A DNA stretch of 44,333 nucleotides from positions 1-44,333 of the forward strand of contig JBBSYY010000013.1 in the NCBI GenBank assembly GCA_038044985.1. The letters run 5' to 3'. Positions 1 to 9,078 of this stretch are shown here, in pieces. The position numbers were made by a program, and so were the translations under genes. This stretch comes from Nanobdellota archaeon (lineage in GTDB: Archaea > Nanobdellota > Nanobdellia > Pacearchaeales > GW2011-AR1). Numbering within the stretch: the stretch's first letter is position 1; every line of letters begins with the position of its first letter. The notes under the pieces were generated by a model. That model searched no databases. It saw nothing but the letters and a program-made list of their open reading frames with translations, and had not been told where the DNA came from.

Positions 1-33
1 ACATTTTATTAGTTAATTTGGTTTAATTTTATG

Positions 34-267
34 TCAAGAATTCTCAAAAACCACGTACTTTAGTGCGTGGGAATTCTTGAACACCTCAAGAATTCTGACA
101 ATTGAATTCTTGATGGCCATCAGGAATTTTATTCCCGAGGCAAGAAAATTTCTTACAAAGGAAATTTTCTGTACAGAAAATTCCAAACAACAAAAGGAAT
201 TTTCTTGCATCCAAAAATCCAAACAAACCATGCCCTAAAGGGCATGGTTAGACGAAAGGATTTTTTG
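34..267. repeat. Array of six consecutive stem-loops (nested-hairpin repeat family, locus 1)
   Basis: Read directly. TCAAGAATTC(34-43)/GAATTCTTGA(71-80) encloses CCACGTAC-TTTA-GTGCGTGG(51-70). Then TCAAGAATTC(86-95)/GAATTCTTGA(104-113); GGAAT/ATTCC(123-135); AGAAAATTTC(143-152)/GAAATTTTCT(161-170); AGAAAATTCC(175-184)/GGAATTTTCT(196-205). Finally CCAAAAATCC(211-220)/GGATTTTTTG(258-267) encloses AAACAAA+CCATGCCC-TAAA-GGGCATGG(221-247). ORF 34..231(-) is composed of these palindromes and is treated as spurious. Confidence 0.85.
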
Positions 268-321
268 ATTTACTAGTTGATTTTCTTTTTCTCTATTCAG
301 TTCTACTAATCTTTTTTACCT

Positions 322-777
322 TTATTTACTAGTAAGAAAAAGTTTAGTAAAATTTATAAATTTTTCTAGAGTTTCAGCATACTCTCTTAATTTTTCAAGA
401 TTAACTGCAATTTCCTTTCCTCTATACAAAACTCTTAAACACACGCCCCTTCTAAATTCACTCTCTTTTGTTTTTTGAAGGCTATCAATAAGTTTAAACA
501 TTTCATATTCATTTAAAGCATTTATAACTTCAGGATTTTTATTAAAAACAGTTCTTACTAAATCAATTCTTAATTTTGGAGCTTCTGGAATAGTTTTAAT
601 AAGTTTTTTCTTTTTTGCTTTTTCCAATAATGCATCAAAAGTATAGTCTATCATTATTTTCCATCTTTTTATAAGATTTATCATTACATCGCACGTTTTC
701 GTATATTTCATACTTACATACATTAAATGGTCTGCGCTAATCTTCTCTTTTATAATTTTTTCAAGTGTTTCAGACAT
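322..777 (-). CDS. hypothetical protein (151 aa)
   Basis: Long stop-free ORF in an AT-rich background with an ATG start. No motif recognised. Confidence 0.55.
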   Translation of the reverse strand: MSETLEKIIKEKISADHLMYVSMKYTKTCDVMINLIKRWKIMIDYTFDALLEKAKKKKLIKTIPEAPKLRIDLVRTVFNKNPEVINALNEYEMFKLIDSLQKTKESEFRRGVCLRVLYRGKEIAVNLEKLREYAETLEKFINFTKLFLTSK

Positions 778-1146
778 TTTCTGCTTCTTTTTTAGAATTT
801 AGTTTAAAGCTCATTACATTTTAACAGCTAGTACATGGCCTTTAAGATCGAAAGTTATTCACTTAAATTTAATTTTGATATATTTAAATTTTAGAGCGAC
901 ACTCTATTTGATTATCATGTTTGTTCTTAGCTCTTTTCAACTGATACTTTGCATTAGAGGTAGCAGTTCATTCGTTAGTTACATCTAGAAAGGGATTTAA
1001 ATATGGGGTCTGGGTTATATATAAACATTTATGTGGTTTTTTATTTTAAATAATTAATAAGAAATAATGATAATTGACGCAGAAACTCTGTTTATTGTAG
1101 AAACTTTTTACTAGCAGACTATTTTACTATGATCATCTTTTTCTTT

Positions 1147-1551
1147 TTAGCCTCTTTTTTTCTTTGGTGCTAGTATTTTTAAAACGCCATTTTTGTATTC
1201 TACATCTATTTTTTCTGATTCAGCATCTTCGGGTAATGAAATTGCTCTGTAAAATCCAGCATAGTTTTTTGAATATCTATATTCTTTTTCCTGCTTTTTT
1301 TCAAATTCCTGTTTCTTTTCTGCCTTTATCCTTAAGGTATTGTTTACTATATCAACATTTATGTCTTCTTTATTAACTCCTGGAATCTCTACGGCAATTA
1401 TGTAACCTTCTTCTTTTTCTATGAAATCTGCAAATGCATGACGATAATTTTCTGGTTCTAAACTTCTTTTAGGAAAATCTGTAAAACCAAAAGCTCTATT
1501 CATTCTTGCTTTCAATTTTTTCATTTCATTCAATAAATTATCTTCCCACAT
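1147..1551 (-). CDS. small heat-shock protein, Hsp20/alpha-crystallin family
   Basis: Alpha-crystallin-domain pattern: AVEIPGVNKEDINVDIVNNTLRIKAEKK ... YRAISLPEDAESEKIDVEYKNGVLKILAPKK. Confidence 0.85.
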   Translation of the reverse strand: MWEDNLLNEMKKLKARMNRAFGFTDFPKRSLEPENYRHAFADFIEKEEGYIIAVEIPGVNKEDINVDIVNNTLRIKAEKKQEFEKKQEKEYRYSKNYAGFYRAISLPEDAESEKIDVEYKNGVLKILAPKKKRG

Positions 1552-1632
1552 CTTTTCGCTTATCGAGTTTTGTTGACATTTAATTATTTTTATATTTTTT
1601 AATTTAAGACTTTAGATTATATGCAGTTGGTT

Positions 1633-4077
1633 TCACCCCAAATAACTTTTAGTTGGTTCTAGAGCTGCTTTAGCAGATCTTAAATAATCTGTTTCTATTT
1701 TTCTGTATCTGTCCATATCTGCTTTTGTTATACTAGCCCCTACTTTTTTTATAGCCTCTTCAAAGTGTTTCATTTTAACTTCTTTAGCCTCTATGTTTTC
1801 TCTTAGAGAAAGCATTGCCGCCTCTCTAACTAAAGATTCAATATCAGCCCCAACATAGCCTTCAGTTTGATCAGATAAATAATAAACTAATTTATCTTTA
1901 TCAGATAATTCTTTAAAGTCAACAAATTTAATAGATTTCTTTTTTGTTAAATCTGATTGATTAATTGGCTCATCAGCAGCCATTTTTGAAAAAACACCTT
2001 CTATTTTCTTATCTTTAAACGTTCTATCAAGTACCTCTCTTTCTCTATCGTCTAAAGAAATAGGCATATTTTTAGTATGTATTCTGAGAATTTGTAGTCT
2101 CCCTTCTTTATCAGAAGTTCCAACTAACAATATTCTGTCAAATCTTCCTGGTCTTAATAAAGCCCCATCTAACATATCTGGCCTGTTAGTGGCCCCAATA
2201 ACAATTACATTAGTTAAATCTTCAATACCATCCATCTCAGCTAATAACTGGTTTAAAACCCTTTCAGTAACCTTTGTTCCTGCCTCTAACCCTCTTTTTC
2301 CAGCTAAAGCATCAATTTCATCAAAAAAGATTATACATGGAGAAACCTGTCTTGCTCTGCCGAATACCTTTCTTATTCCCTCCTCTGATTTCCCAACCCA
2401 CATCGACAAAAGACTTGGACCCTTTACTTGTATAAAATTGGCTTCGCTTTCTTTTGCAACTGCTTTTGCTAATAAAGTTTTACCGGTTCCAGGGGGCCCA
2501 TAAAGCAAAATTCCTTTAGGAGCCTTTATTCCTAATCTAATAAAGGCATCTGGATATTTTAAAGGCCATTCTATAGCTTCTTTTAATTCTCGCTTAACTT
2601 TATCCAATCCACCAACATCTTCCCACGAAATATTCGGAGTTTCTACTAATACTTCTCTCATTGCAGAGGGTCTTACAACCTTCAGAGATTCATCAAAATC
2701 TTTTTTTCTTACTTTTAACTCTTTTAAAACTTCTTCAGGAATCTCTTCATTTTCTTTTAATTCTAATTTAGGAAGCACTCTTCTTAAAACAACCATAGCT
2801 GCTTCTTTTGCAAGTGCAGAAAGGTCTGCTCCGACAAAACCATGAGTAATGTTTGCAATTGCCTCTAAATCGACATCTTTTGTTAAAGGCATTCCTCTTG
2901 TATGAATTTTTATAATTTGTAGACGGCCTTTTTTATCAGGAGCTCTTAATTCAATTTCTCTATCAAATCTTCCTGGTCTTCTTAAAGCAGGATCTATGGA
3001 ATTTACCCTATTGGTTGCAGCAATAACAATAACTTTTCCTCTAGGTTGTAGACCATCCATCATAGTTAATAGCTGACTTACAACTCTTCTCTCAACTTCT
3101 CCCCCAACATCTTCTCGTTGAGGCGCAATAGAATCAATTTCATCAATGAAAATTATTGAAGGAGAGTTTTTTTCAGCTTCTTCAAAAATATCTCTTATCT
3201 TTTTTTCAGACTCGCCGTAAAATTTACTCATAACTTCAGGACCATTTAATAAAATAAAATTAGCATCAGATTCATTTGCAACAGCTTTTGCTAATAAAGT
3301 TTTACCGGTTCCAGGAGGCCCATGCAATAAAACTCCTTTTGGTGGTTCAACCCCAAGTCTTTCAAAGATTTCAGGATGTTTTAATGGAATCTCTACCATT
3401 TCCCTAATTTTTTTAACTTCATCCGTTAATCCTCCAATATCTTCATATGTAACTACAGGTATAGATTCCTCAGAAATTTCTACGGTTTTATTAGTTAGAG
3501 TAACTTCTGTGTTTTCTGTTATAATGCAAGGGCCATTTGGACCTATATTTGCAACTATAAATCTTATTTGTTGTATTCCTCCAAGATTTCCAAATCCACC
3601 AAAAATATCATTTAAATTTCCAAAAATATCATCCATTCCAAATTCATCATTAATTAAACTTCTTCTTCTATTCACTCCTCCAAGAACAAGAATATCTCCT
3701 TTAATAGCAGCTCTTCCAAGCAATCCTGGTTTTAAGTCTCCTTGAACCCTTATTCCTTTTTGAGTAGGAGCAATTACAATTTTTTTTGCTTCTTTAATTT
3801 CTGCTTTATTAATAATAACATTTTCACCAACACCTGTACGGGCATTTTTTCTTATAATACCATCAATTCTTATAATGCCTTCACTAACATCAGCAGGATA
3901 GGCCTTATCAGCAATTGCAACAGTTTCTCTTTCGCCTTTAATTATTATAATATCGCCTCTATGAACCCCCAACTCTTTCATAATTTCAAAATCAATTCTA
4001 GCAATTCCTTTATATGCATCATCCTGTAATGATTCTGCTACTCTTAATTTAATGCCTTTTAATGTTTTTGGTCCCAT
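1633..4077 (-). CDS. cdc48: CDC48/VCP-type AAA+ ATPase (two AAA domains)
   Basis: Two Walker A motifs (GPPGTGKT twice), Walker B motifs IIFIDEID and IIFFDEID, and two PGRFDR motifs. The N-domain begins LRVAES...GIARID. Confidence 0.92.
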   Translation of the reverse strand: MGPKTLKGIKLRVAESLQDDAYKGIARIDFEIMKELGVHRGDIIIIKGERETVAIADKAYPADVSEGIIRIDGIIRKNARTGVGENVIINKAEIKEAKKIVIAPTQKGIRVQGDLKPGLLGRAAIKGDILVLGGVNRRRSLINDEFGMDDIFGNLNDIFGGFGNLGGIQQIRFIVANIGPNGPCIITENTEVTLTNKTVEISEESIPVVTYEDIGGLTDEVKKIREMVEIPLKHPEIFERLGVEPPKGVLLHGPPGTGKTLLAKAVANESDANFILLNGPEVMSKFYGESEKKIRDIFEEAEKNSPSIIFIDEIDSIAPQREDVGGEVERRVVSQLLTMMDGLQPRGKVIVIAATNRVNSIDPALRRPGRFDREIELRAPDKKGRLQIIKIHTRGMPLTKDVDLEAIANITHGFVGADLSALAKEAAMVVLRRVLPKLELKENEEIPEEVLKELKVRKKDFDESLKVVRPSAMREVLVETPNISWEDVGGLDKVKRELKEAIEWPLKYPDAFIRLGIKAPKGILLYGPPGTGKTLLAKAVAKESEANFIQVKGPSLLSMWVGKSEEGIRKVFGRARQVSPCIIFFDEIDALAGKRGLEAGTKVTERVLNQLLAEMDGIEDLTNVIVIGATNRPDMLDGALLRPGRFDRILLVGTSDKEGRLQILRIHTKNMPISLDDREREVLDRTFKDKKIEGVFSKMAADEPINQSDLTKKKSIKFVDFKELSDKDKLVYYLSDQTEGYVGADIESLVREAAMLSLRENIEAKEVKMKHFEEAIKKVGASITKADMDRYRKIETDYLRSAKAALEPTKSYLG

Positions 4078-4184
4078 AATCTAAGACAACCTACGGTTTT
4101 CTTCGATGTATCTTTCCCTTAGGTTATACATCTTATCATTTATTTTTATCATTTTTAACTTAAAATTTCCTTCATTTTAATTCC

Positions 4185-4358
4185 TCATCCTAGTTTTTCA
4201 TCAAACTTAATATATGCTAATGGTTCATAATCATCGCGGACCATTCTTACATTTTGTCTTTTAAGATCATTTATAATATATTTAGGCGTTGTATTATCAA
4301 GAACCATTAATAATCCTTCTCTAGGCACGTTTTCATAGACTCTTATTAAATAATCCAT
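4185..4358 (-). CDS. small hypothetical ORF (57 aa, below the ORF-track cutoff)
   Basis: Hand translation: MDYLIRVYENVPREGLLMVLDNTTPKYIINDLKRQNVRMVRDDYEPLAYIKFDEKLG*. The ATG lies 11 nt after the stop of the upstream gene 4370..4783. Confidence 0.35.
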   Translation of the reverse strand: MDYLIRVYENVPREGLLMVLDNTTPKYIINDLKRQNVRMVRDDYEPLAYIKFDEKLG

Positions 4359-4369
4359 TTTAATTAATT

Positions 4370-4783
4370 TTATTTCACCTTTAATTTATTTTCATCATTT
4401 AAATTAGAATGACTATTTCCGTTATTACCATTTCCATTTTTATGACAAGCAAAGTTAAGTTTTAAAATTCCAAACTCTTCAAAACACAGTTTGACCATAT
4501 AATCCATAATTTTTTCTTGCTCTTTCATAAACTCAACAATTTCTCTAGGAATAGAAATCGCATAACTATTCCCAACAAATCTCATCTTAACAGAAAATTG
4601 TTTTTTCTTTAAATTTGTAAAATGGTTATATTCCTGTTCATCCTTAGGGTGCAGAATTTTAGAGTTACATTTTTGACATTCAATTGCTCTTAAAACTAAA
4701 CCATTTTTTGTAATTTCTATTGGTTTCATTGTAGTATTGCAGTTCTTACATAAAATTTTGTTGTCAAAGATGTCTGTTGTCAT
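4370..4783 (-). CDS. zinc-ribbon plus AbrB/MazE/SpoVT-like domain protein
   Basis: N-terminal CxxC...CxxC (CKNCNTT...CQKCNSK). This is followed by VKMRFVGNSYAISIPREIVEFM, typical of the AbrB/MazE swapped-hairpin fold. Confidence 0.55.
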   Translation of the reverse strand: MTTDIFDNKILCKNCNTTMKPIEITKNGLVLRAIECQKCNSKILHPKDEQEYNHFTNLKKKQFSVKMRFVGNSYAISIPREIVEFMKEQEKIMDYMVKLCFEEFGILKLNFACHKNGNGNNGNSHSNLNDENKLKVK

Positions 4784-4895
4784 TTTGAATTTATAGCTTA
4801 TTGATAATTAGATTAAATTTATTATTGATATTTTAGTAATACTAAAATGGTTTTTGTTAGTCATGCTAAACCATAATTCTAATATGGTTAACATT

Positions 4896-5033
4896 TTATT
4901 GATTAACTGTATAACAAACTATAATATTATTATTTAATTTTGAAAATTTGTTAATAAAGAGAGAATTATTAAGAGTATTAAAAATGGTATAAGGCTCAGA
5001 ATCATTTGTATTATTACTTGTTTTTATTGCCAT
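4896..5033 (-). CDS. micro-ORF 2 (45 aa), paralog of 5051..5155
   Basis: Hand translation: MAIKTSNNTNDSEPYTIFNTLNNSLFINKFSKLNNNIIVCYTVNQ*. It shares MA.K and D[AS]EP..IFN[ST] with the neighbouring micro-ORF. Confidence 0.35.
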   Translation of the reverse strand: MAIKTSNNTNDSEPYTIFNTLNNSLFINKFSKLNNNIIVCYTVNQ

Positions 5034-5050
5034 TTTCTTTATATGCTATT

Positions 5051-5155
5051 CTAATAGTTATTAATTAATAATTTATTTAGAGAGTTAAGAATTAATTTTT
5101 TATTTTTAGAATTAAAGATAATAGCCGGTTCAGCGTCTAATTTTTTATTTGCCAT
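5051..5155 (-). CDS. micro-ORF 1 (34 aa), paralog of 4896..5033
   Basis: Hand translation: MANKKLDAEPAIIFNSKNKKLILNSLNKLLINNY*. The codons of the conserved residues differ from the paralog mainly at third positions. Confidence 0.35.
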   Translation of the reverse strand: MANKKLDAEPAIIFNSKNKKLILNSLNKLLINNY

Positions 5156-5377
5156 TCTGTTTTTTCTAGTTATTTTTTTCTGTTTATTTTAAACCCCAGA
5201 AAAGCAGGCTCATACAAAAAGTATGTTTTTGCTCTTCTAGGGGAAAAGAGGTGTATTAAGAAAACATATACATTAACTGTATACACTTTCTGTATACACA
5301 AGAGATAGCTAATATTTAAATCTTTCGGTTTTTTTGGCTTTGCACATAAATTAATTTCTGCACAAAAAACAAATAAA

Positions 5378-5986
5378 CTAAACCTCAATCACTCTTCCTT
5401 TTCTACCAACACTAAAAACTCTTGTTTTTCCAATTTTTTCGCTTAAGCCTTCTGCCTCATGAATATGTCCGCTTAGAAAAATATCTGGCTGAAACTCTTC
5501 AATAGCTTTTCTTAATGCTCTGCTTCCCCTAAAACCAGAAAACTCTGCTTTAGTTCCTGCTGCATGCAAATGACTAACCATTATTTTTTTCTCTAAATTT
5601 TTAATTTTTTCAAAATCTTTTTTTAATTTTTCAAAAGTCTTTTTTTCATTCAAACTCATCTGCCAGTCAGGACTTCCAATTCCAAAAATTCCTATATTAC
5701 CATATTTAACATAATGCTCTCCTACATTTTCAGCTCCATAAAGTTTTGATAGAAAGTTTGCGGTTTCTGAAGATTCCCAGTTGCCAGGAACAAAAACAAC
5801 TTTCTTCCCCCTTTCAACAAACGGCTTTAAAATATTATCTGTCTCTATTAACCCTGTTATATCTCCAGCTAAGACAACTAAATCAACCTTTTCTTTATCT
5901 GCCAGCTCAGCTAGTTTTTTTGCTGCACTTGAATCCCCATGAAAATCACTTGCCGCAAGTATTTTGAATTTTTTTTGTTTTTCCAT
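5378..5986 (-). CDS. metallophosphoesterase (calcineurin-like)
   Basis: Ordered motifs: ASDFHGD, VLAGDITG, VPGNWE, SHLHAAG, SGHIHEA. Confidence 0.85.
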   Translation of the reverse strand: MEKQKKFKILAASDFHGDSSAAKKLAELADKEKVDLVVLAGDITGLIETDNILKPFVERGKKVVFVPGNWESSETANFLSKLYGAENVGEHYVKYGNIGIFGIGSPDWQMSLNEKKTFEKLKKDFEKIKNLEKKIMVSHLHAAGTKAEFSGFRGSRALRKAIEEFQPDIFLSGHIHEAEGLSEKIGKTRVFSVGRKGRVIEV

Positions 5987-6162
5987 GATTTAAGTTATTT
6001 TATTAATTATTATAAATTTATCTTTATATACTTACTTTTGTAATCCACCCCAAATTTATGTCTTAAAGATACCAAATTTCTTACTAAAAACCATTATTTA
6101 TAAATGTGATTTATTGAGATTCTGTTAACCGATAAGGTGATAAATTTGTAAAAATTTTAAAT

Positions 6163-6534
6163 TTACCGAAGATAAATTGACATTTTAATATTTAACCCCT
6201 CTTGATCTGGCTGATATAAAAAAGGATTTCTTTTTAATTTCAGATCTAATCTTAGTTCATACTCTCGCTCTAATTTTGACATTTGTTTTTGAGTAAATGG
6301 TTTAAATTTTTTAATTTTTCTATAGAAGATTTCAGTTTTTATTGTTCCAGGTTCTTTGCTTAACAAAATTTTTTTATCTAGTTTAACATGAGAACATAAA
6401 CATTCAAGAATAGCTCCAAAAGATTTTAAAATTATATGTTTTCCATTTGGATCTAAAGCAACAAAATATTTGCTCCTATCTTCAATACATCTGCCAATAA
6501 ACATATCGTAATTATTTAATTCTATATCTATCAT
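6163..6534 (-). CDS. hypothetical protein (123 aa)
   Basis: The ORF start overlaps the uppS stop by 4 nt, suggesting a coupled operon arrangement. No motif recognised. Confidence 0.45.
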   Translation of the reverse strand: MIDIELNNYDMFIGRCIEDRSKYFVALDPNGKHIILKSFGAILECLCSHVKLDKKILLSKEPGTIKTEIFYRKIKKFKPFTQKQMSKLEREYELRLDLKLKRNPFLYQPDQEGLNIKMSIYLR

Positions 6535-7217
6535 GTCCCAAAATTCCTCTTCCTCTTTTTATACTCTTCAATGCAATTAATCAAATCATTTTTATCAAAC
6601 TCTGGCCACATCTTATCTAGAAAAAACCACTCTGAATAAATTGACTGCCAAGGAAGAAAGTTAGAGGTTCTCTTTTCTCCTCCAGTCCTTATAATTAAGT
6701 CTGGTTCACTTTTTAAATATAACCTATCTTCAAATAAATTTTCATTAATATCCTCAACTTTAACTTTATTTTTCAAGATTTTTTTTACAGCTTCTATTAT
6801 CTCCTGACGACCGCCATAGGCAATTGCAAAATTAACAATAACTTTTTTATTATTTTTAGTCCTTTCCTCTAATTTTAAGCACAACTTTCTTAGCTCTTCT
6901 GGCAATAATGAAAGATCCCCAATAAATTTGATTTTTATTTTATTTTTTTCAATCTTTTCACTATCTATTTCCTTAAAAGTCTCACTAAAAATTTTATATA
7001 AATAATTTAATTCTTTTTTAGGCCGATTTTTAATGTTTTCTACAGAAAGAGCATAAAAGGTCATTTCTTTTATTCCTAGTTCCATAACATGATCTAAAAG
7101 CTCTTCTACCTTTTTCCTTCCATATTCATGGCCTTTCCAAGGTTCTAACATTAATCTTTTTGCAAATCTTCTATTCCCATCAAGTACAAATGCCACGTGT
7201 TTTAGTTCTGTATTCAT
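6531..7217 (-). CDS. uppS: cis-prenyltransferase, undecaprenyl-diphosphate synthase family
   Basis: HVAFVLDGNRRFAKR near the N-terminus, then AYGGRQEI, and IRTGGEKRTSNFLPWQ near the C-terminus. Confidence 0.9.
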   Translation of the reverse strand: MNTELKHVAFVLDGNRRFAKRLMLEPWKGHEYGRKKVEELLDHVMELGIKEMTFYALSVENIKNRPKKELNYLYKIFSETFKEIDSEKIEKNKIKIKFIGDLSLLPEELRKLCLKLEERTKNNKKVIVNFAIAYGGRQEIIEAVKKILKNKVKVEDINENLFEDRLYLKSEPDLIIRTGGEKRTSNFLPWQSIYSEWFFLDKMWPEFDKNDLINCIEEYKKRKRNFGT

Positions 7218-7319
7218 GTTTAAAAATTAACTCTTAAAGGTTTTTAAGGTTTTTTGTTCTAGAATTTAATTGATTATCCAATTAAGATATATTGGAAGGG
7301 AGATAAGAGAGAACAAGGC

Positions 7320-7694
7320 TTAATCTGGCAACGAACGCTCTGGACAAGCCCTTAATTTACTATAATTCAAAATAACCAACAATAAGAAAGATGTAAGAGC
7401 CATGAAAGGAATTGTAATATAGCCATAGGCCAACGAAAAATATTTAGAACAATTGGCAGTAAAGCCAACAACACCACAGCTTAATAATTCGCTATTCAAT
7501 GCTCCAATCTGCAATAGATAATGATAACTTGCAATTAAAAATCCTATTAAAGATAAAACAAGGCTATTAAAAATTATAGAACTTTTTTTGGTTTTCATGG
7601 CAATAAAAAACAAAAAAACTTGCGGATACATAAAAATTCTTTGATACCAACACAGAACACAAGGATTGTAACCCATAATTTCTGAGTAAAACAA
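7320..7694 (-). CDS. DsbB/BdbC-like disulfide bond formation protein; the annotated ORF lacks TM1
   Basis: CVLCWYQRIFMYP motif and multiple TM segments. Family-like sequence DHYLFLGFLVSLVATIGSLFYSEI continues upstream to 7748 and is cut by an in-frame TAG at 7749-7751. The ORF-track start at 7694 is a TTG. Confidence 0.6.
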   Translation of the reverse strand: MFYSEIMGYNPCVLCWYQRIFMYPQVFLFFIAMKTKKSSIIFNSLVLSLIGFLIASYHYLLQIGALNSELLSCGVVGFTANCSKYFSLAYGYITIPFMALTSFLLLVILNYSKLRACPERSLPD

Positions 7695-7908
7695 GCTTCC
7701 TATAGTGGCTACTAAAGAAACAAGAAACCCTAAAAATAAATAATGATCCTACAATAAATGAACCAAACTATCATAAATTAGTATTTTCTTTCCAAAAACA
7801 AATTTTAGTATAAATAATAAAACCAGCAGTCCAATAAACAGGCTACTCACTAATGTCAAAATTTCTAATCCGCTTTCTATTAATTCTTTGACCATCTTGA
7901 TTAATCAT

Positions 7909-8508
7909 TTATTCTGTTGAGGATTTATACTCGATCACAATTTCTTGTTTATCTTTTAAAACCAAATTTTCAAATTCTTGACTTTCTTTTCCATCAACAA
8001 ACATTTTCAAACTGCCTTTATTATTACTTGTATTATCATCAATACATTTATCAAAAATACACTGGCTGTTAAAATCTTTCTCATAGATGCTAAAAAAATC
8101 TTTTAAAGTAAAGTTTCTTTTGCAATGATCTTCTATATGTATTTTTCCTGAATCATCATGAGTATGAATAGGCCTCATAATTCCATAAGCAATTCCTATA
8201 TCTTTAGGAACTGTTTCTTGTTTTTCATCAATAATAATTTTTAGATGAGGATGAATATGAAGTTCCAAATTCTTATGCCCACCTATATTAGTTTCTTTTG
8301 CTGGTTTACTACACTCATCTTCTCCTGAAACAAAAGAATATGCCAAAAAAACAATAAAAACTATAATAAAAATTGCAAACAGATAAAAATACATTTTTCT
8401 GTAAGTACTTTCTTTTTCTTCTTCTTTTATATGGTGTTTGTCTTTTTTATGACTATTTAGAGCCTCTAAACCAGCAAATTCTTTTCCGCAAGGTTTACAT
8501 TTATGCAT
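7909..8508 (-). CDS. membrane-anchored protein with an N-terminal C2H2-like zinc finger and a His-rich extracytoplasmic domain
   Basis: CKPCGKEFAGLEALNSHKKDKHH, then one TM (YFYLFAIFIIVFIVFLAYSF), then HIHPHLKIII and RPIHTHDDSGKIHIEDHC. Confidence 0.6.
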   Translation of the reverse strand: MHKCKPCGKEFAGLEALNSHKKDKHHIKEEEKESTYRKMYFYLFAIFIIVFIVFLAYSFVSGEDECSKPAKETNIGGHKNLELHIHPHLKIIIDEKQETVPKDIGIAYGIMRPIHTHDDSGKIHIEDHCKRNFTLKDFFSIYEKDFNSQCIFDKCIDDNTSNNKGSLKMFVDGKESQEFENLVLKDKQEIVIEYKSSTE

Positions 8509-8509
8509 T

Positions 8510-8941
8510 TTAAATAACCCACCATAAATTTTTCATAAGTTTTTTATCTAGACATAATTCATCAGGACCATTTAAAAAAACAGAAATTAAAACTAGTAAT
8601 AAACCAAAATCCCTTACAGAGATATCATTATAACCTAAAGAAAAAATTATTCCTGCTATATGCAACGCTCCTATTAAAGCAACAGCTCTAACAAATAAAC
8701 CAGCTAATAATAAAAAACCAACAATTAAATCAAATAAACCATTAAAATAAATAAAGTGAATATCACTCGCGCCAAAATTAGTTGCAAAATTAATTATAGA
8801 ATTAGGAACCCACGCAATCCATGTTCCTGGTCTAACTAACTGGTCAATTCCAAAAATAAAAAATACTATTCCAACACCATATCTAGCTAGAACTGGCACA
8901 TACAATGCTGGTGAATATCTTTTTCCTTTTTTTAAAGTCAT
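8510..8941 (-). CDS. DoxX-like small integral membrane protein
   Basis: About four hydrophobic segments. The pattern GIVFFIFGIDQLVRPGTW resembles DoxX-family proteins, but this is a weak call made without a profile search. Confidence 0.4.
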   Translation of the reverse strand: MTLKKGKRYSPALYVPVLARYGVGIVFFIFGIDQLVRPGTWIAWVPNSIINFATNFGASDIHFIYFNGLFDLIVGFLLLAGLFVRAVALIGALHIAGIIFSLGYNDISVRDFGLLLVLISVFLNGPDELCLDKKLMKNLWWVI

Positions 8942-9078
8942 ATTTATTAAGGCTAATTTATAATCTTTTTTAATCTCTAAGCAAGAAATCCATCACACTT
9001 TAATATGAGGATGAATTGCGTTCTTGCCATCCTGATAATTATTTCTTTTATTTATTATTAATAAATTTATCTGAAATT

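Noticed and set aside
1164-4029. Antisense ORFs inside hsp20 and cdc48: 1164..1376, 2189..2503, 3509..3745 and 3742..4029.
   Set aside because: They lie opposite strongly supported genes. Their translations are low-complexity Phe/Ile/Asn/Ser strings typical of shadow frames in AT-rich DNA.
5170-5388. ORF 5170..5388(-), 72 aa.
   Set aside because: It overlaps the stop of the phosphoesterase gene and spans the palindrome cluster. The translation is unconvincing, so the region is better explained as regulatory or intergenic.
7749-7751. I asked whether TAG is reassigned genome-wide, which would explain the in-frame TAG in the DsbB-like gene.
   Set aside because: Other well-supported genes in the window end in TAG, for example 15617..16294 and 17157..17507. 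In addition, aRF1 carries a canonical NIKS motif.
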